Assembly (NCBI GenBank): GCA_015062335.1 | Contig: SUUU01000001.1 | Coordinates: 12,312 to 76,311 of the forward strand | Direction of reading: 5' to 3' | Source of the DNA: Alphaproteobacteria bacterium | GTDB lineage: Bacteria > Pseudomonadota > Alphaproteobacteria > UBA3830 | DNA: 64,000 nt | Shown: in pieces, positions 28,981-39,251 of the stretch | Layout of the letters: the number at the start of each line of letters is the position of its first letter | Numbering within the stretch: the stretch's first letter is position 1 | Translations under genes and position numbers: made by a program | Notes under the pieces: generated by a model | Seen by the model: the letters and a program-made list of their open reading frames with translations, nothing else | Databases searched by the model: none | Told to the model about the DNA's origin: nothing

Positions 28981-30029
28981 AATCTTTCATTTTTTTGATA
29001 ACCACCGGATTGTTACTTTCGGTTCAGATAGAAAGCATCTCTAAAGATTCAAATAGACAAACTCACGAATTAAAAAAAGAGGAAAAAGCGGAATTTGTAG
29101 ATTATTTAAGTTTCGATCATCCTTCGGAAAAGTCCCTCTTAAAATACAAAAAATCTGAGCAGCATAATTATGCTTATCTAAGCAAATATCTCAGGGCTAT
29201 CCGAAACGAATTACCTAAAGAGCTCAAGCCTCAACTAAATTTTGTAAATTACTGGATCAAACGCTTAAAATGCGTTATTTTCAGAAAACCTTTTACTGAA
29301 AAGCGCTACGTTGACTATATTTGGAGCATATGGTTGCAAGGAACAAACGATGCTCCGCGTTTAGTAAAGAATTGCTGGCGCTCAGTAGAAAAATATCGGG
29401 GAAATAGAAAGTTTATCGTTTTGGATGAGAATACTATCCCTCAGTATGTAACTTTACCACAATACATTTGGGATAAATATCGTAGTAATAAAATTCCACC
29501 GGCGTTATTTGCCGATATTGTCAGATATTGTTTATTATATAAGTATGGCGGAACTTGGATAGACGCTACTGTCATCATGACAGCACCAATTCCTGATAAA
29601 ATAACAAGTTTGAAGTTTTTTATGTTTAATATTCCAAAAAAAATGTTTCAAAGAGAACTTCATCTAACTGCAAATTGGTTTATTCATGCTCAACCAGGAA
29701 ATCCTATTTTAAAAGATTTAATCAATTTGTGTTTTGAGTATTGGAAATACGAAAACAAAAATGTGTCATACTTCATGAATTACACGCTTTTCACTTTAGT
29801 CGTAACCTATGATCCCGAAGCCTATCAAGTATTCAAAAATATGCCGTATTATCCCGAAAAATTGCCCTTCTACCCTATTTTGAGAAGAAAATATAGTAAG
29901 GAGTTAATTTATAATGCACTGAAGTACGATGATTTACCTATCCATAAACTAACCTATAAATTACAAAAAAAGTACATAGGCTCATTGTTTGAACATTTGT
30001 CTCAAGAAAATGCTGAATTGCTCGAGTAG
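28977..30029 (+). CDS. membrane-anchored/secreted glycosyltransferase, Caps_synth (PF05704) / GT32-like
   Basis: 350 aa from the ATG at 28977, which overlaps the popZ TGA (ATGA). N-terminal hydrophobic segment MKSFIFLITTGLLLSVQIES. IWSIWLQGTNDAPRLVKNCWRSVEKY and FADIVRYCLLYKYGGTWIDATV match the motifs I recall for capsular-polysaccharide-synthesis / OCH1-like transferases. Confidence 0.65.
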   Translation: MKSFIFLITTGLLLSVQIESISKDSNRQTHELKKEEKAEFVDYLSFDHPSEKSLLKYKKSEQHNYAYLSKYLRAIRNELPKELKPQLNFVNYWIKRLKCVIFRKPFTEKRYVDYIWSIWLQGTNDAPRLVKNCWRSVEKYRGNRKFIVLDENTIPQYVTLPQYIWDKYRSNKIPPALFADIVRYCLLYKYGGTWIDATVIMTAPIPDKITSLKFFMFNIPKKMFQRELHLTANWFIHAQPGNPILKDLINLCFEYWKYENKNVSYFMNYTLFTLVVTYDPEAYQVFKNMPYYPEKLPFYPILRRKYSKELIYNALKYDDLPIHKLTYKLQKKYIGSLFEHLSQENAELLE

Positions 30030-30040
30030 GTCGTTCATTA

Positions 30041-31261
30041 CTACAACTTAATATCCGATAAAATATCGACTAGCTTTGAATTATCGTTTTCGCAACCTTC
30101 TGTCACTTTTTTTCGTTTTCTTAAAGTATCAACGACAAAATGCAAACGGGCAGCAAATTTAATTATCATTGCAGGAGAAACAGAATCGGAAAAAGACAAA
30201 CGCAAAGTACATGAAGGTAATTTTCCTTCAGGGTCAATCGCCTCTTTAACGTTGGATTCTCCCTGCCCCAAACATGAACAACCGGATGAAAATGAAAAAT
30301 CTTTCATTTCCTGAATAACATCTTTCAATAAAACCCCCTTAATTGAAACCGAAAACACATGTGTTGGATTGATTGAATTGATAAATACATCCTCAATTTT
30401 CATAATTTCTTTTCGCAATATTTCAAAAAGGCTTGTGACTTTTTGCAGATCCATTTTGTAAACCTTCACAGCCGACGCAAAAGAGGAAACCAATTCAGTT
30501 GGAACGGTTCCAGGCCACAAAGAATTACCGGATCCGAAAACTATTGGCGTCAGTTTTTGAAAATCTTTAACATACAATGCGGCTATTCCCTTTGGAGAAC
30601 CTATTTTATATCCTGAAAAGGTAGCCATATCTAGAAATGACACATCAACCGGATATTTACAAAACAACTGAGATATATCCGAATGAAGCAACGCATTAGA
30701 GTGTCGATGGACCACCGCAGAAATCTTTTTCATATCCTGCATAATGCCTATTTCACTATTAAAGGCTTGGATTGATACCAATCTGGTTTCTTTTCGAAGA
30801 CTTTTGCTCAGTTGAGCTAAGTTTACTCTGCCGTATCTATCAACATCCAAGTATGTAACACTATATCCCATTTCCTCCAGATGTTTGAACACATTCAAAA
30901 CGCTTTTATGTTCTATTTTTGACGTAATTAAATGACATTCACTCGGAGAATATTTATAAGCTACACCAAGAATCGCAATATTGTTCGCTATCGTAGCAGA
31001 ACACGTAAACAATATATTCTGAGATTGACACTTTAACTTGTTCGCAATAATCGTTGCTGAGTCTTTTTCTATTTTCTTTAGAATTTTAGCATTTGCATTA
31101 AAGCCTGACGAATTCCCTTGCATCTTAACCACCCGGTTAAATTCATTCAAAGCTTCCTGAGAGACTCCTTCCGCCGCCGCATAATCCAAGTAGACCGGAT
31201 CAGCAGCAACACTCTCTGCCGACAAACAGCACAAAAAATACAATAACTTTCTCTTTTTCAT
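30041..31261 (-). CDS. divergent class-V aminotransferase, IscS/NifS-like cysteine desulfurase homolog with N-terminal hydrophobic extension
   Basis: 406 aa. GGGAGGA directly upstream of the ATG. It aligns by eye with E. coli IscS: VYLDYAAA, ITSKIEHKSV, HSDISQ, SGYKIGSPKGIAALYV (PLP Lys retained), SSGCSC (Cys loop), TLRLSFS. About 20 extra N-terminal residues, MKKRKLLYFLCCLSAESVAA, are present. Confidence 0.7.
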   Translation of the reverse strand: MKKRKLLYFLCCLSAESVAADPVYLDYAAAEGVSQEALNEFNRVVKMQGNSSGFNANAKILKKIEKDSATIIANKLKCQSQNILFTCSATIANNIAILGVAYKYSPSECHLITSKIEHKSVLNVFKHLEEMGYSVTYLDVDRYGRVNLAQLSKSLRKETRLVSIQAFNSEIGIMQDMKKISAVVHRHSNALLHSDISQLFCKYPVDVSFLDMATFSGYKIGSPKGIAALYVKDFQKLTPIVFGSGNSLWPGTVPTELVSSFASAVKVYKMDLQKVTSLFEILRKEIMKIEDVFINSINPTHVFSVSIKGVLLKDVIQEMKDFSFSSGCSCLGQGESNVKEAIDPEGKLPSCTLRLSFSDSVSPAMIIKFAARLHFVVDTLRKRKKVTEGCENDNSKLVDILSDIKL

Positions 31262-31277
31262 ATCCTCCCTTTGTAAT

Positions 31278-33071
31278 TTAATCTTTGTGCATTTTCAACG
31301 CCTCTAAAAAAGTGCCGTGAGGAATTTTCACATTCCCTATCTCTCTCATTTTTTTCTTGCCTTCTTTTTGCTTTTCAAGCAACTTCCTTTTTCGTGAAAT
31401 ATCACCGCCATAACACTTCGCTGTAACATCTTTTCTAAACGCAGAAATAGTTTCTCGGGCGATTACTTTTCCTCCAATTGCGGCTTGAATCGGTATTTTA
31501 AACATATGCCTTGGAACTAAATCTTTCAGCCTTTCGCATAACAAACGCCCCCTATACTCCGCATTGCTTCTATGAACAATCATAGATAAGGCGTCAACTT
31601 GCTCTCCATTTACCAAAATCGTCATTTTCACAAGGTCATTTTCTTGAAATCCGTGGAATTGATAATCAAAACTTGCATAACCCCTGCTAATAGACTTTAA
31701 CCTATCGTAAAAATCATAAACGACTTCATTCAAAGGAATAAGATACTCCACCAATGCACGACTTCCAACATATGTCAGATTGCTCTGAATTCCTCTCTTC
31801 TCTTCGCATAATTGTAAAACACTTCCAAGATACTCATCAGGAACTATTATTTTTGCGAGAATCCAAGGTTCCTCAACAGAAGATATATTAACTGGATCTG
31901 GCATATCCGACGGATTATGTAAGTCGATCACTTCACCGTTTGTCAAATGAACTTTATACACAACACTAGGAGCTGTTGAAACTAAATCCAGGTTATATTC
32001 TCTTTCCAGTCGCTCCTCAATAACCTCAAGATGCAACATTCCAAGGAATCCACAACGAAATCCAAATCCCAAAGCCTGAGATGTCTCTGGTTCAAAAGTA
32101 AAGCTAGCATCATTGAGATGTAATTTTACCAAGCTTTCCTTTAACTTACCGTAGTCTACTGTATCTACAGGAAACAAACTACAAAAAACAACAGGAATAC
32201 TTGGCTTAAATCCTTTCAAAGGCTCTGCGGTCGGACGTTTTTCCTCCGTTATAGTATCGCCGACTCGAGCGTCTCCAACACTTTTGATTCCCGCAATAAT
32301 GTACCCTATTTCACCAGTTTTAAGCTCTGAAACTTCCTTAGGCTTCGGGGTAAAAATGCCAACCTTCTCTATTGGATAGATCATACCCGCCGCCATGAGC
32401 TTTACTTTCATCCCCGGACGAATACTTCCGTCTTTAACTCGAACAAGAGTAACAACCCCCATGTAAGGATCATACCAACTATCTACCAACAACGCCTTTA
32501 ACGGAGCTTCTCTATCTCCGATAGGATGCGGCAATCTTTCAACTAAAGCCTCCAAAACGTCGCAAATGCCCAAGCCCTGTTTTGCTGACACTTCAATCGC
32601 CTGAGAACAATCTAACCCTATGACATCTTCTATTTGTTGCTTAACTCTGTCAACATCTGCGGCAGGAAGATCAATTTTATTCAATACTGGAATAATTTCA
32701 TGATCATGTTCCAATGCCTGATACACATTTGCCAAAGTTTGAGCTTCAACCCCCTGAGTTGCATCAACTACCAAAATAGACCCTTCGCATGCAGACAAAG
32801 ACCGGCTTACTTCGTAAGCAAAATCGACATGTCCAGGTGTATCCATTAAATTCAACTCGTAAATCTGCCCATCTTTGGATTGATAATTTAATCTGACAGT
32901 TTGAGCCTTAATAGTAATGCCCCTCTCTCTCTCAATATCCATGGAGTCTAGCATTTGATCTCTAAACTCTCGGGAATTGATTGCTCCGCAATATTGCATA
33001 ATTCTATCAGCCAAAGTCGACTTCCCGTGATCTATGTGAGCGATTATTGCAAAATTTCGTATGTGCTTCAT
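31278..33071 (-). CDS. lepA: translation elongation factor 4 (LepA)
   Basis: 597 aa from the ATG at 33071. [20 protein letters not shown] and DTPGHVDF G-motifs, with the LepA C-terminal domain. 1-nt overlap with the pheT stop. Confidence 0.96.
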   Translation of the reverse strand: MKHIRNFAIIAHIDHGKSTLADRIMQYCGAINSREFRDQMLDSMDIERERGITIKAQTVRLNYQSKDGQIYELNLMDTPGHVDFAYEVSRSLSACEGSILVVDATQGVEAQTLANVYQALEHDHEIIPVLNKIDLPAADVDRVKQQIEDVIGLDCSQAIEVSAKQGLGICDVLEALVERLPHPIGDREAPLKALLVDSWYDPYMGVVTLVRVKDGSIRPGMKVKLMAAGMIYPIEKVGIFTPKPKEVSELKTGEIGYIIAGIKSVGDARVGDTITEEKRPTAEPLKGFKPSIPVVFCSLFPVDTVDYGKLKESLVKLHLNDASFTFEPETSQALGFGFRCGFLGMLHLEVIEERLEREYNLDLVSTAPSVVYKVHLTNGEVIDLHNPSDMPDPVNISSVEEPWILAKIIVPDEYLGSVLQLCEEKRGIQSNLTYVGSRALVEYLIPLNEVVYDFYDRLKSISRGYASFDYQFHGFQENDLVKMTILVNGEQVDALSMIVHRSNAEYRGRLLCERLKDLVPRHMFKIPIQAAIGGKVIARETISAFRKDVTAKCYGGDISRKRKLLEKQKEGKKKMREIGNVKIPHGTFLEALKMHKD

Positions 33072-35455
33072 CAATTTCTCAACTTTCCACCCAACGATGC
33101 AACGCATTTTATAATTTTATCTGATACTTCATTGGCTTCAGACTCCGTTAAAGTTCTGTTAACTGCATCCAAAATAACTGTTACGCCTATCGATTTTTGA
33201 GTAGAATTCATTTTGAATGCATCAAAAATATCGACATTAGAAATACGATCATCCAGTTTGTAAATCTCGTTCACAATTACACCGGCTACATCCGACGTAT
33301 TAAATACGAAAGCGAAATCACGTTCAATTTTTGGAAACACTCTATCAGTGAACTGCTTTTTCTTTATTTTGCCTCCATCTATAGATGACATTATAATTTC
33401 AAAACAATTAATCCGCTCGCTTAAACCGAACACTTTAGCAACCTTTGGATGCAATTCACCAAAATATCCAATCAATTTACGGCCAATGTATACAACCCCG
33501 CTACGCGATGGGTGATAATACGTCGGAACATTTTTTTCAATTTTTACGCCATTTTCTTTAATGCCATAAAAACTCAGCACCGCAAACATGTCTCTCTTCA
33601 CGTCAAAAATATCAAATTTTCTCTGCTTGTTCAGCCAGTTACGAGAACTTGAATTCCCCGCTCTTATCCCTGTAATATGCTCCAGTTGTTCACACTTGTC
33701 CGTAAATACGTTTCCAACTTCAAAAATACTGACGCTTTTATCCCCATAGTTCAAAGAACGTAGAGCCGTAAGAACCATATTTGGAATTAACGACGGCCGC
33801 ATAACACTAAAATCAGAACTAATAGCGTTTATCAAATGAATCAGCTTATCATCCTCTTTAAAGAGATCTGCATACTCCTTCTTTGTAAACGAGTATGTTA
33901 TTACCTCTGACATATTTTTAGCAGCAAGAAGTTTTCTTAAATCCAATTTTTTGGAGAATTTCTGCAGAAGCTTGTCTTCGGAGATAGGCAAGGATACTAG
34001 AGGAATTTCCTTAACGTTATCATATCCATCAATTCTCAATACTTCTTCTATTAAATCTTCCTCGATATTTAGATCATAACGCCACGATGGAATCACAAAT
34101 TCTGCAGTATCAATACTCTCCAAAACCAAGCGCAATCCCAATTTAACCAAAATATCGATCGCGCGATCCCAAGAAACATCAACTCCACTAACGCTACGCA
34201 ACTTTTTTTGCGTCAATTTCACAATAGGAGATTTAAATCTATGATTATTCAAAGTGAAAATTTCACTGCATTGTCCTCCACACACATCGACAATTAACTT
34301 ACTGATCTTTTCCAGTGAATTTACACGATTACATCTATCAACTCCTCTTTCAAATCTTGTTCTGGAATCACTTGTAACATCTAAAGCTATTCCTGATCTC
34401 GAAATAGCAGCAGGATCAAAAACCGCCGACTCTATTAAAATGTTTTTTGTATTTTCATCGCACGTAATTTTGTTTCCGCTTTTAATACCTAATAGGCACA
34501 AAGGTTCATGTCTTTCATCCTCCGAAATCAGCATTTCCGGTTGCAGTCTATACTCTTTATCGTTGAAATCGACGAAATGTTCATTTCTCTCGGCAAAACG
34601 AACCTTCATCTCACCTTGAATTTTGTCTAAATCGTAAATTTGAAACGGTGTGCCGATATCGAACATACAAAAATTTGAGAGATCAACCACCGCGGAAATG
34701 CTATTCAAACCAGCTGCATTCAACATGGATTTCAACCATAACGGAGATTCGGCATTTTTAATCCCCTTTATCACTCGAAATGACATCATTGGAGCATATT
34801 CAGAAATACTTGAGTCGTTAGCAACGCTAATACGCAATGGAAAAGGAAAATCAGATGTAACGCGAATATCCTCCACTTCATCGATAAAGCGGCCCGCCCC
34901 GGCAGCCGCTAAATCCCTCGCGATACCTTTCACAGAGAAACAATCTCCTCTGTTTGGAGTAATTGATACATCAATAATTCCACCGTCAAAATCTAGGACA
35001 TCCCCAATATTAGCTGTAAGAAGCGTTCCTTCAGGAACTTCTATGATTCCGTGATTCTGTTCATCCGATTTTATACCTAACTCATCAAATGAACACATCA
35101 TTCCCTGACTTTCCACGCCTCGAATTTTGCTTTTCTTCAAAATCTCATTGCTCCCCGGAATAAGAGCTCCAGGCAACGCTAAAACTGCAATTAACCCTTC
35201 TCTTGCATTGGGCGCACCACAAACAATTTGCAACTCAGATCCTTCAGCATCAATCACTGAGCAGATTTGCAGTTTATCTGCATTCGGATGTTTCTCAGTT
35301 TTTTGAATTCTGACTAATTTAAAATTTTTAAAAATAACAGCCGGATCCAAAACCTCTTCAACTTCCAATCCGACGGAAGTCAGCTTATCTGTTATTTGCT
35401 CTAATGATAAACTTGTAGCTAAATATTTTTTTAACCAATTAAAAGAAAAACGCAT
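33071..35455 (-). CDS. pheT: phenylalanine--tRNA ligase beta subunit
   Basis: 794 aa. [12 protein letters not shown] start, tRNA-binding domain ([12 protein letters not shown]), and B3/4 and B5 regions. Confidence 0.95.
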   Translation of the reverse strand: MRFSFNWLKKYLATSLSLEQITDKLTSVGLEVEEVLDPAVIFKNFKLVRIQKTEKHPNADKLQICSVIDAEGSELQIVCGAPNAREGLIAVLALPGALIPGSNEILKKSKIRGVESQGMMCSFDELGIKSDEQNHGIIEVPEGTLLTANIGDVLDFDGGIIDVSITPNRGDCFSVKGIARDLAAAGAGRFIDEVEDIRVTSDFPFPLRISVANDSSISEYAPMMSFRVIKGIKNAESPLWLKSMLNAAGLNSISAVVDLSNFCMFDIGTPFQIYDLDKIQGEMKVRFAERNEHFVDFNDKEYRLQPEMLISEDERHEPLCLLGIKSGNKITCDENTKNILIESAVFDPAAISRSGIALDVTSDSRTRFERGVDRCNRVNSLEKISKLIVDVCGGQCSEIFTLNNHRFKSPIVKLTQKKLRSVSGVDVSWDRAIDILVKLGLRLVLESIDTAEFVIPSWRYDLNIEEDLIEEVLRIDGYDNVKEIPLVSLPISEDKLLQKFSKKLDLRKLLAAKNMSEVITYSFTKKEYADLFKEDDKLIHLINAISSDFSVMRPSLIPNMVLTALRSLNYGDKSVSIFEVGNVFTDKCEQLEHITGIRAGNSSSRNWLNKQRKFDIFDVKRDMFAVLSFYGIKENGVKIEKNVPTYYHPSRSGVVYIGRKLIGYFGELHPKVAKVFGLSERINCFEIIMSSIDGGKIKKKQFTDRVFPKIERDFAFVFNTSDVAGVIVNEIYKLDDRISNVDIFDAFKMNSTQKSIGVTVILDAVNRTLTESEANEVSDKIIKCVASLGGKLRN

Positions 35456-35464
35456 GTCAATCTC

Positions 35465-36520
35465 CTATAGATCTTCCGGAGAAAAACCAAACGCCTCTCT
35501 CCATCTTTCATCCGATTCAAAATATCCCCTCAAATCAGGCACCCCGTACTTCAACGATGCCAAACGTTCTATCCCCAAGCCAAACGCAATGCCCTGATAC
35601 TCATTCGGGTCAACACCTCCGTCTTTCAGCACATTCGGATGAGAAACCCCGCATCCCCCGATCTCTAACCACTTATTACCAACGCCAAACTTCATCTTTC
35701 CGTTGACAATACTGTAGTTAATATCAGCTTCAGCCGATGGTTCTGTAAACGGAAAGAAACTTGGTCTAAATCTTACAGACAATTCATTAACTTCAAAGAA
35801 TTTTTTCAAAACATCTGCAATGAGCCATTTCAACTGAGCGAAGCCGATATCCTTATCAACCACAAGCATCTCCACCTGATTAAACATAGGAGTATGAGTG
35901 GCATCATAATCGCTACGAAATACCCTCCCCATAGTAAACATTCTCAATGGAGGCTTCTTCTTAATCATCACCCTGTTTTCAACAGGTGAAGTATGAGTTC
36001 TGAGAAGCTTTCGGCCAAAATCATCCGCGAGCACATTTAAATAAAATGTATCATGCATCGTCCTTGCAGGGTGATGAGACGGCATGTTTAGTACATCAAA
36101 ATTAAAATGTTCACTTTCTATATCAGGGCCCTCTGCAAATTCAAAACCATAACCACTCAAAATGTTAGCAATTTCCGCAAATACCTTTGTGATAGGATGC
36201 ACAAACCCAGAACTTTTTACCTCGACAGGTAAGGTAACATCAACATATTCTTCTTTTAACTTAGTCTCTAACTCATGCATTTCAAGCTCTGCAAGTTTAG
36301 TGCTCAACTGATCGGAAATTACCTTTTTTACCTCATTGATTTTTGCGCCTATTAATTTCTTATCATCTTCGGACGCATTCTTAAGCGCCTTTATCTTCGC
36401 CGTCAATTTTCCGTTTTTACCGAAAATCGCAGTTCGAACATCTTCCAACTTTTTCACATTGTTACATTGTTCTATCTCAAATGAACAACTACCCAACAAA
36501 ACATCAAGCTCTGTAAGCAT
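35465..36520 (-). CDS. pheS: phenylalanine--tRNA ligase alpha subunit
   Basis: Class II motifs (HPARTMHDTFY, FRSDYDATHTPMFNQVE, GFAFGLGIERLA). I prefer the start at MLTELDVLL (36520). The ORF-track start at 36589 is possible (GAGGAG only 2 nt upstream). Confidence 0.93.
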   Translation of the reverse strand: MLTELDVLLGSCSFEIEQCNNVKKLEDVRTAIFGKNGKLTAKIKALKNASEDDKKLIGAKINEVKKVISDQLSTKLAELEMHELETKLKEEYVDVTLPVEVKSSGFVHPITKVFAEIANILSGYGFEFAEGPDIESEHFNFDVLNMPSHHPARTMHDTFYLNVLADDFGRKLLRTHTSPVENRVMIKKKPPLRMFTMGRVFRSDYDATHTPMFNQVEMLVVDKDIGFAQLKWLIADVLKKFFEVNELSVRFRPSFFPFTEPSAEADINYSIVNGKMKFGVGNKWLEIGGCGVSHPNVLKDGGVDPNEYQGIAFGLGIERLASLKYGVPDLRGYFESDERWREAFGFSPEDL

Positions 36521-36907
36521 CTTTTTTCCATAAATTTGACCCTGGGGAATACTAGCATAAATCAATGGCAGTTCAAAATATTTAGGCATTACTCCTCATC
36601 TCGCATAGAAAATATGGGAAATATAAAAAAATTAAAACAACTATCTTATTGTTTTGTAAACACAATGGACACACATGATAATTTTTTACATCGCAAATTT
36701 AAGTTGTTACAAAAAATAATTGGAGGTATCATTAGAATTTTCGCCAAATTTCTCCCGTAATACGGATTAACAACCGAAACTTGTACATCATTTTCAAATT
36801 GCTTCGCTCACTTTTCGATTTCTTATCTCTATCGTAATAATTCAAAACACACGAAGGCCATCAAAATTCAAATATTTTACGATATCTGGTTAGTACGTAA
36901 TGCGTTT

Positions 36908-37780
36908 CTAGACGATCCGACTATGGATACAACGAAGCTTCGCTGAACGTGATTTCGGATTGCGAAACATTTCTTCTTTTGTCGGAACAACGGGTTTTTT
37001 TGTTAATATACAAAATCGATCATTCTCAGAAGACAATTTCTTAAAGGCTACTTTTACTATTCGATCTTCCAAAGAATGAAAACTAACCACCACCAGTCGC
37101 CCGTCATGGTTTAGTAATTTCTCAAATTTTTGAAGAATTATTTGCAGTTCTTCAAGCTCTCGATTAACAAAAATTCTTAGAGCTTGGAAAGTTTTTGTAG
37201 CCGGATCAATTTTTCCAGATTTACGGACGCATGACCGTACGATATCAGCAAGATTTTCCGATGTTTTAATTTTCTTGAGATTTAGTTTGATATTTTTAGC
37301 TATACGTCGAGAATATCTTTCTTCTCCTAATTCATATATCACATTTGCTAAATCTCGTTCGGAGAGCCGATGAATTGCATTCATCGCGTTTTCATCGCAG
37401 AGCCCCATACTCATATCCAAATTACCGGCATACCTAAAAGAAAATCCTCGATGCTGATCCATGAGCTGAAAATTAGAAAGCCCTAAATCTAAAACAATTC
37501 CATCTAATTTATCAACATTATGTTGTTGCAAAACGACATCAATATCACTAAATTTAGAATGAGAAAACATAAACCTATCAGAATATTTCTCTCTCATTAC
37601 ATTAGCAAAAGGTTTTACATAATCATCGCGATCGCACGCTATTACACGACAATTCGCGCGATCCAATATTGCTCTTGTATATCCTCCACCTCCAAAGGTA
37701 CCATCAAAATAAATTTTACCATCAGAAGGATTCAGGAACTCGAGTACTTCGCGTAATAAAACAGGAATGTGTTCAGTCAT
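36908..37780 (-). CDS. rsmH: 16S rRNA (cytosine1402-N4)-methyltransferase RsmH (MraW)
   Basis: 290 aa from the ATG at 37780. HIPVLLREVLEFL...DGTFGGGGYTRAIL...SFHSLEDRIVK. It is not followed by ftsL/ftsI here. Confidence 0.92.
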   Translation of the reverse strand: MTEHIPVLLREVLEFLNPSDGKIYFDGTFGGGGYTRAILDRANCRVIACDRDDYVKPFANVMREKYSDRFMFSHSKFSDIDVVLQQHNVDKLDGIVLDLGLSNFQLMDQHRGFSFRYAGNLDMSMGLCDENAMNAIHRLSERDLANVIYELGEERYSRRIAKNIKLNLKKIKTSENLADIVRSCVRKSGKIDPATKTFQALRIFVNRELEELQIILQKFEKLLNHDGRLVVVSFHSLEDRIVKVAFKKLSSENDRFCILTKKPVVPTKEEMFRNPKSRSAKLRCIHSRIV

Positions 37781-37788
37781 GTACTTTT

Positions 37789-39111
37789 CTACAAAAACCA
37801 AGATACTATAAATAATACCGGAACTAATATACCTGCAGACCAAAGCATGTAGCCTAAAAATGATGGCATTTTTATTCCAGAAGAGTTCGAAATTGACCGA
37901 ATCATCAAATTAGGAGCATTTCCGATATATGTTAATCCTCCCATGAAGACTGTAGCAATGGAAAATGATGCCAAAATCGATGATTTGGTTGTCATTAATT
38001 CAACAGCATCTCCTGATGTCATATGGAAAAAAATCAAAAAAGTCGGAGCATTATCCAATAGAGAAGATAGCAAACCACTAGCCCAAAAACACTTGCTTAA
38101 AATAAATTCTCCATTCGGGGCGATCCAATTAAATATTGCAGCTAACGGACCATTGGTTCCCTTTTCTAATATAGATAAAATCGGCACAACAGTAATAAAT
38201 ATAGCAATAAAAAATTCTGCAACCTCTTTGATTGGCGCCATTGTGAATCCATTATTTTCTCGAACTACTTTGTGAGTTACTTTCAGAGAAATCAAGGAGA
38301 TACAACACAAAATTGAGTTCCTTAATAGTGATGAATACTTATATTCATCACCAAATAATCTAAATGTGCCATTGAATTCGCATAATATCACTGTAAGTAA
38401 AACCAACATCAATAGCAGCAAATTGCGAAAACCTTTAATAGAAAAAACGGCATTATCTTGCGATAATTCAAAATGACCCGTCTCAGTTTTGAACAAATAA
38501 CTATCAATAATATAAAACAATCCGCACAAGCCAAATATTGTTCCAAACAAAAATGGGTACAAATGCTTAATGAACCAAAAAAAATCAACGCCCTTCAAAA
38601 AACCTATAAACAAAGGCGGATCTCCCAATGGAGTCGCAACACCACCTATATTCGCAACAAGAAAAATAAAAAATATAACTAAGTGGACTTTATGTCTCCT
38701 TTTTTGATTGGCTCGTAAAAATGGCCGAATTAACAACATGGAGGAACCTGTAGTTCCTACCCATCCTGACAACATGGAACCGAAAGCTAAAAATATTGTG
38801 TTAAAGATTGGCCCTTTTCCGCGTGGGAAATCGATATAAATTCCGCCCGCAACTATGTACAAGGTCGCAACCTGAACAATAAATGAAACGTAATCGTTCA
38901 TTAAAGGATGGAATGCCGCATAAAAAGCTTGAGAAGGAGAGAAAAACAAACTTACAGAAAACAAATACAGAAATGTCCACCCTAGAGGAATATATCCTGA
39001 ATATCTATCCCAAAACTTTGGGCATAGCAAAGGCATGAATGACATCGAAAAAATTATGCCAACAAAAGGAAGTACCCACAATAAACTATCAAAATCCATA
39101 GAACTCTCCAT
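37789..39111 (-). CDS. polytopic permease of the ion-transporter superfamily (ArsB/NhaD/CitMHS-like; putative Na+/H+ antiporter)
   Basis: 440 aa with about 10-12 hydrophobic segments. The family call is from overall resemblance only, so substrate confidence is low. Confidence 0.55.
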   Translation of the reverse strand: MESSMDFDSLLWVLPFVGIIFSMSFMPLLCPKFWDRYSGYIPLGWTFLYLFSVSLFFSPSQAFYAAFHPLMNDYVSFIVQVATLYIVAGGIYIDFPRGKGPIFNTIFLAFGSMLSGWVGTTGSSMLLIRPFLRANQKRRHKVHLVIFFIFLVANIGGVATPLGDPPLFIGFLKGVDFFWFIKHLYPFLFGTIFGLCGLFYIIDSYLFKTETGHFELSQDNAVFSIKGFRNLLLLMLVLLTVILCEFNGTFRLFGDEYKYSSLLRNSILCCISLISLKVTHKVVRENNGFTMAPIKEVAEFFIAIFITVVPILSILEKGTNGPLAAIFNWIAPNGEFILSKCFWASGLLSSLLDNAPTFLIFFHMTSGDAVELMTTKSSILASFSIATVFMGGLTYIGNAPNLMIRSISNSSGIKMPSFLGYMLWSAGILVPVLFIVSWFL

Positions 39112-39251
39112 TTAGTAGGATTGTAGCACAACATTTTCATTTTTGAAAAATTGTATATTACAACAAAGTTCATCAATAATCGCCGATTGTCGGTTTTATT
39201 TTAGGTAAAAATTATTTAGTATGGATGTAATATTGTAGAGGGTGTTGTTGT

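Noticed and set aside
36521-36907. Searched the gap upstream of pheS for a Phe-rich leader peptide or attenuator, a T-box, or missing rpmI-rplT genes. It also contains the 74-aa plus-strand ORF 36536-36760.
   Set aside because: Only trivial mini-ORFs are present (for example MAFVCFELLR, 10 codons, without an adjacent terminator/antiterminator pair). There is no T-box-like specifier structure visible by eye. The 74-aa ORF is an alternative-start, low-complexity ORF.
39182-39200. Small hairpin plus T-run (gccga-ttg-tcggt ttttatttt) upstream of gatA, a possible attenuator or sRNA terminator.
   Set aside because: The stem is only 5 bp including a G-U pair, with a 3-nt loop. There is no upstream plus-strand gene or obvious promoter. 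It is too weak to call.
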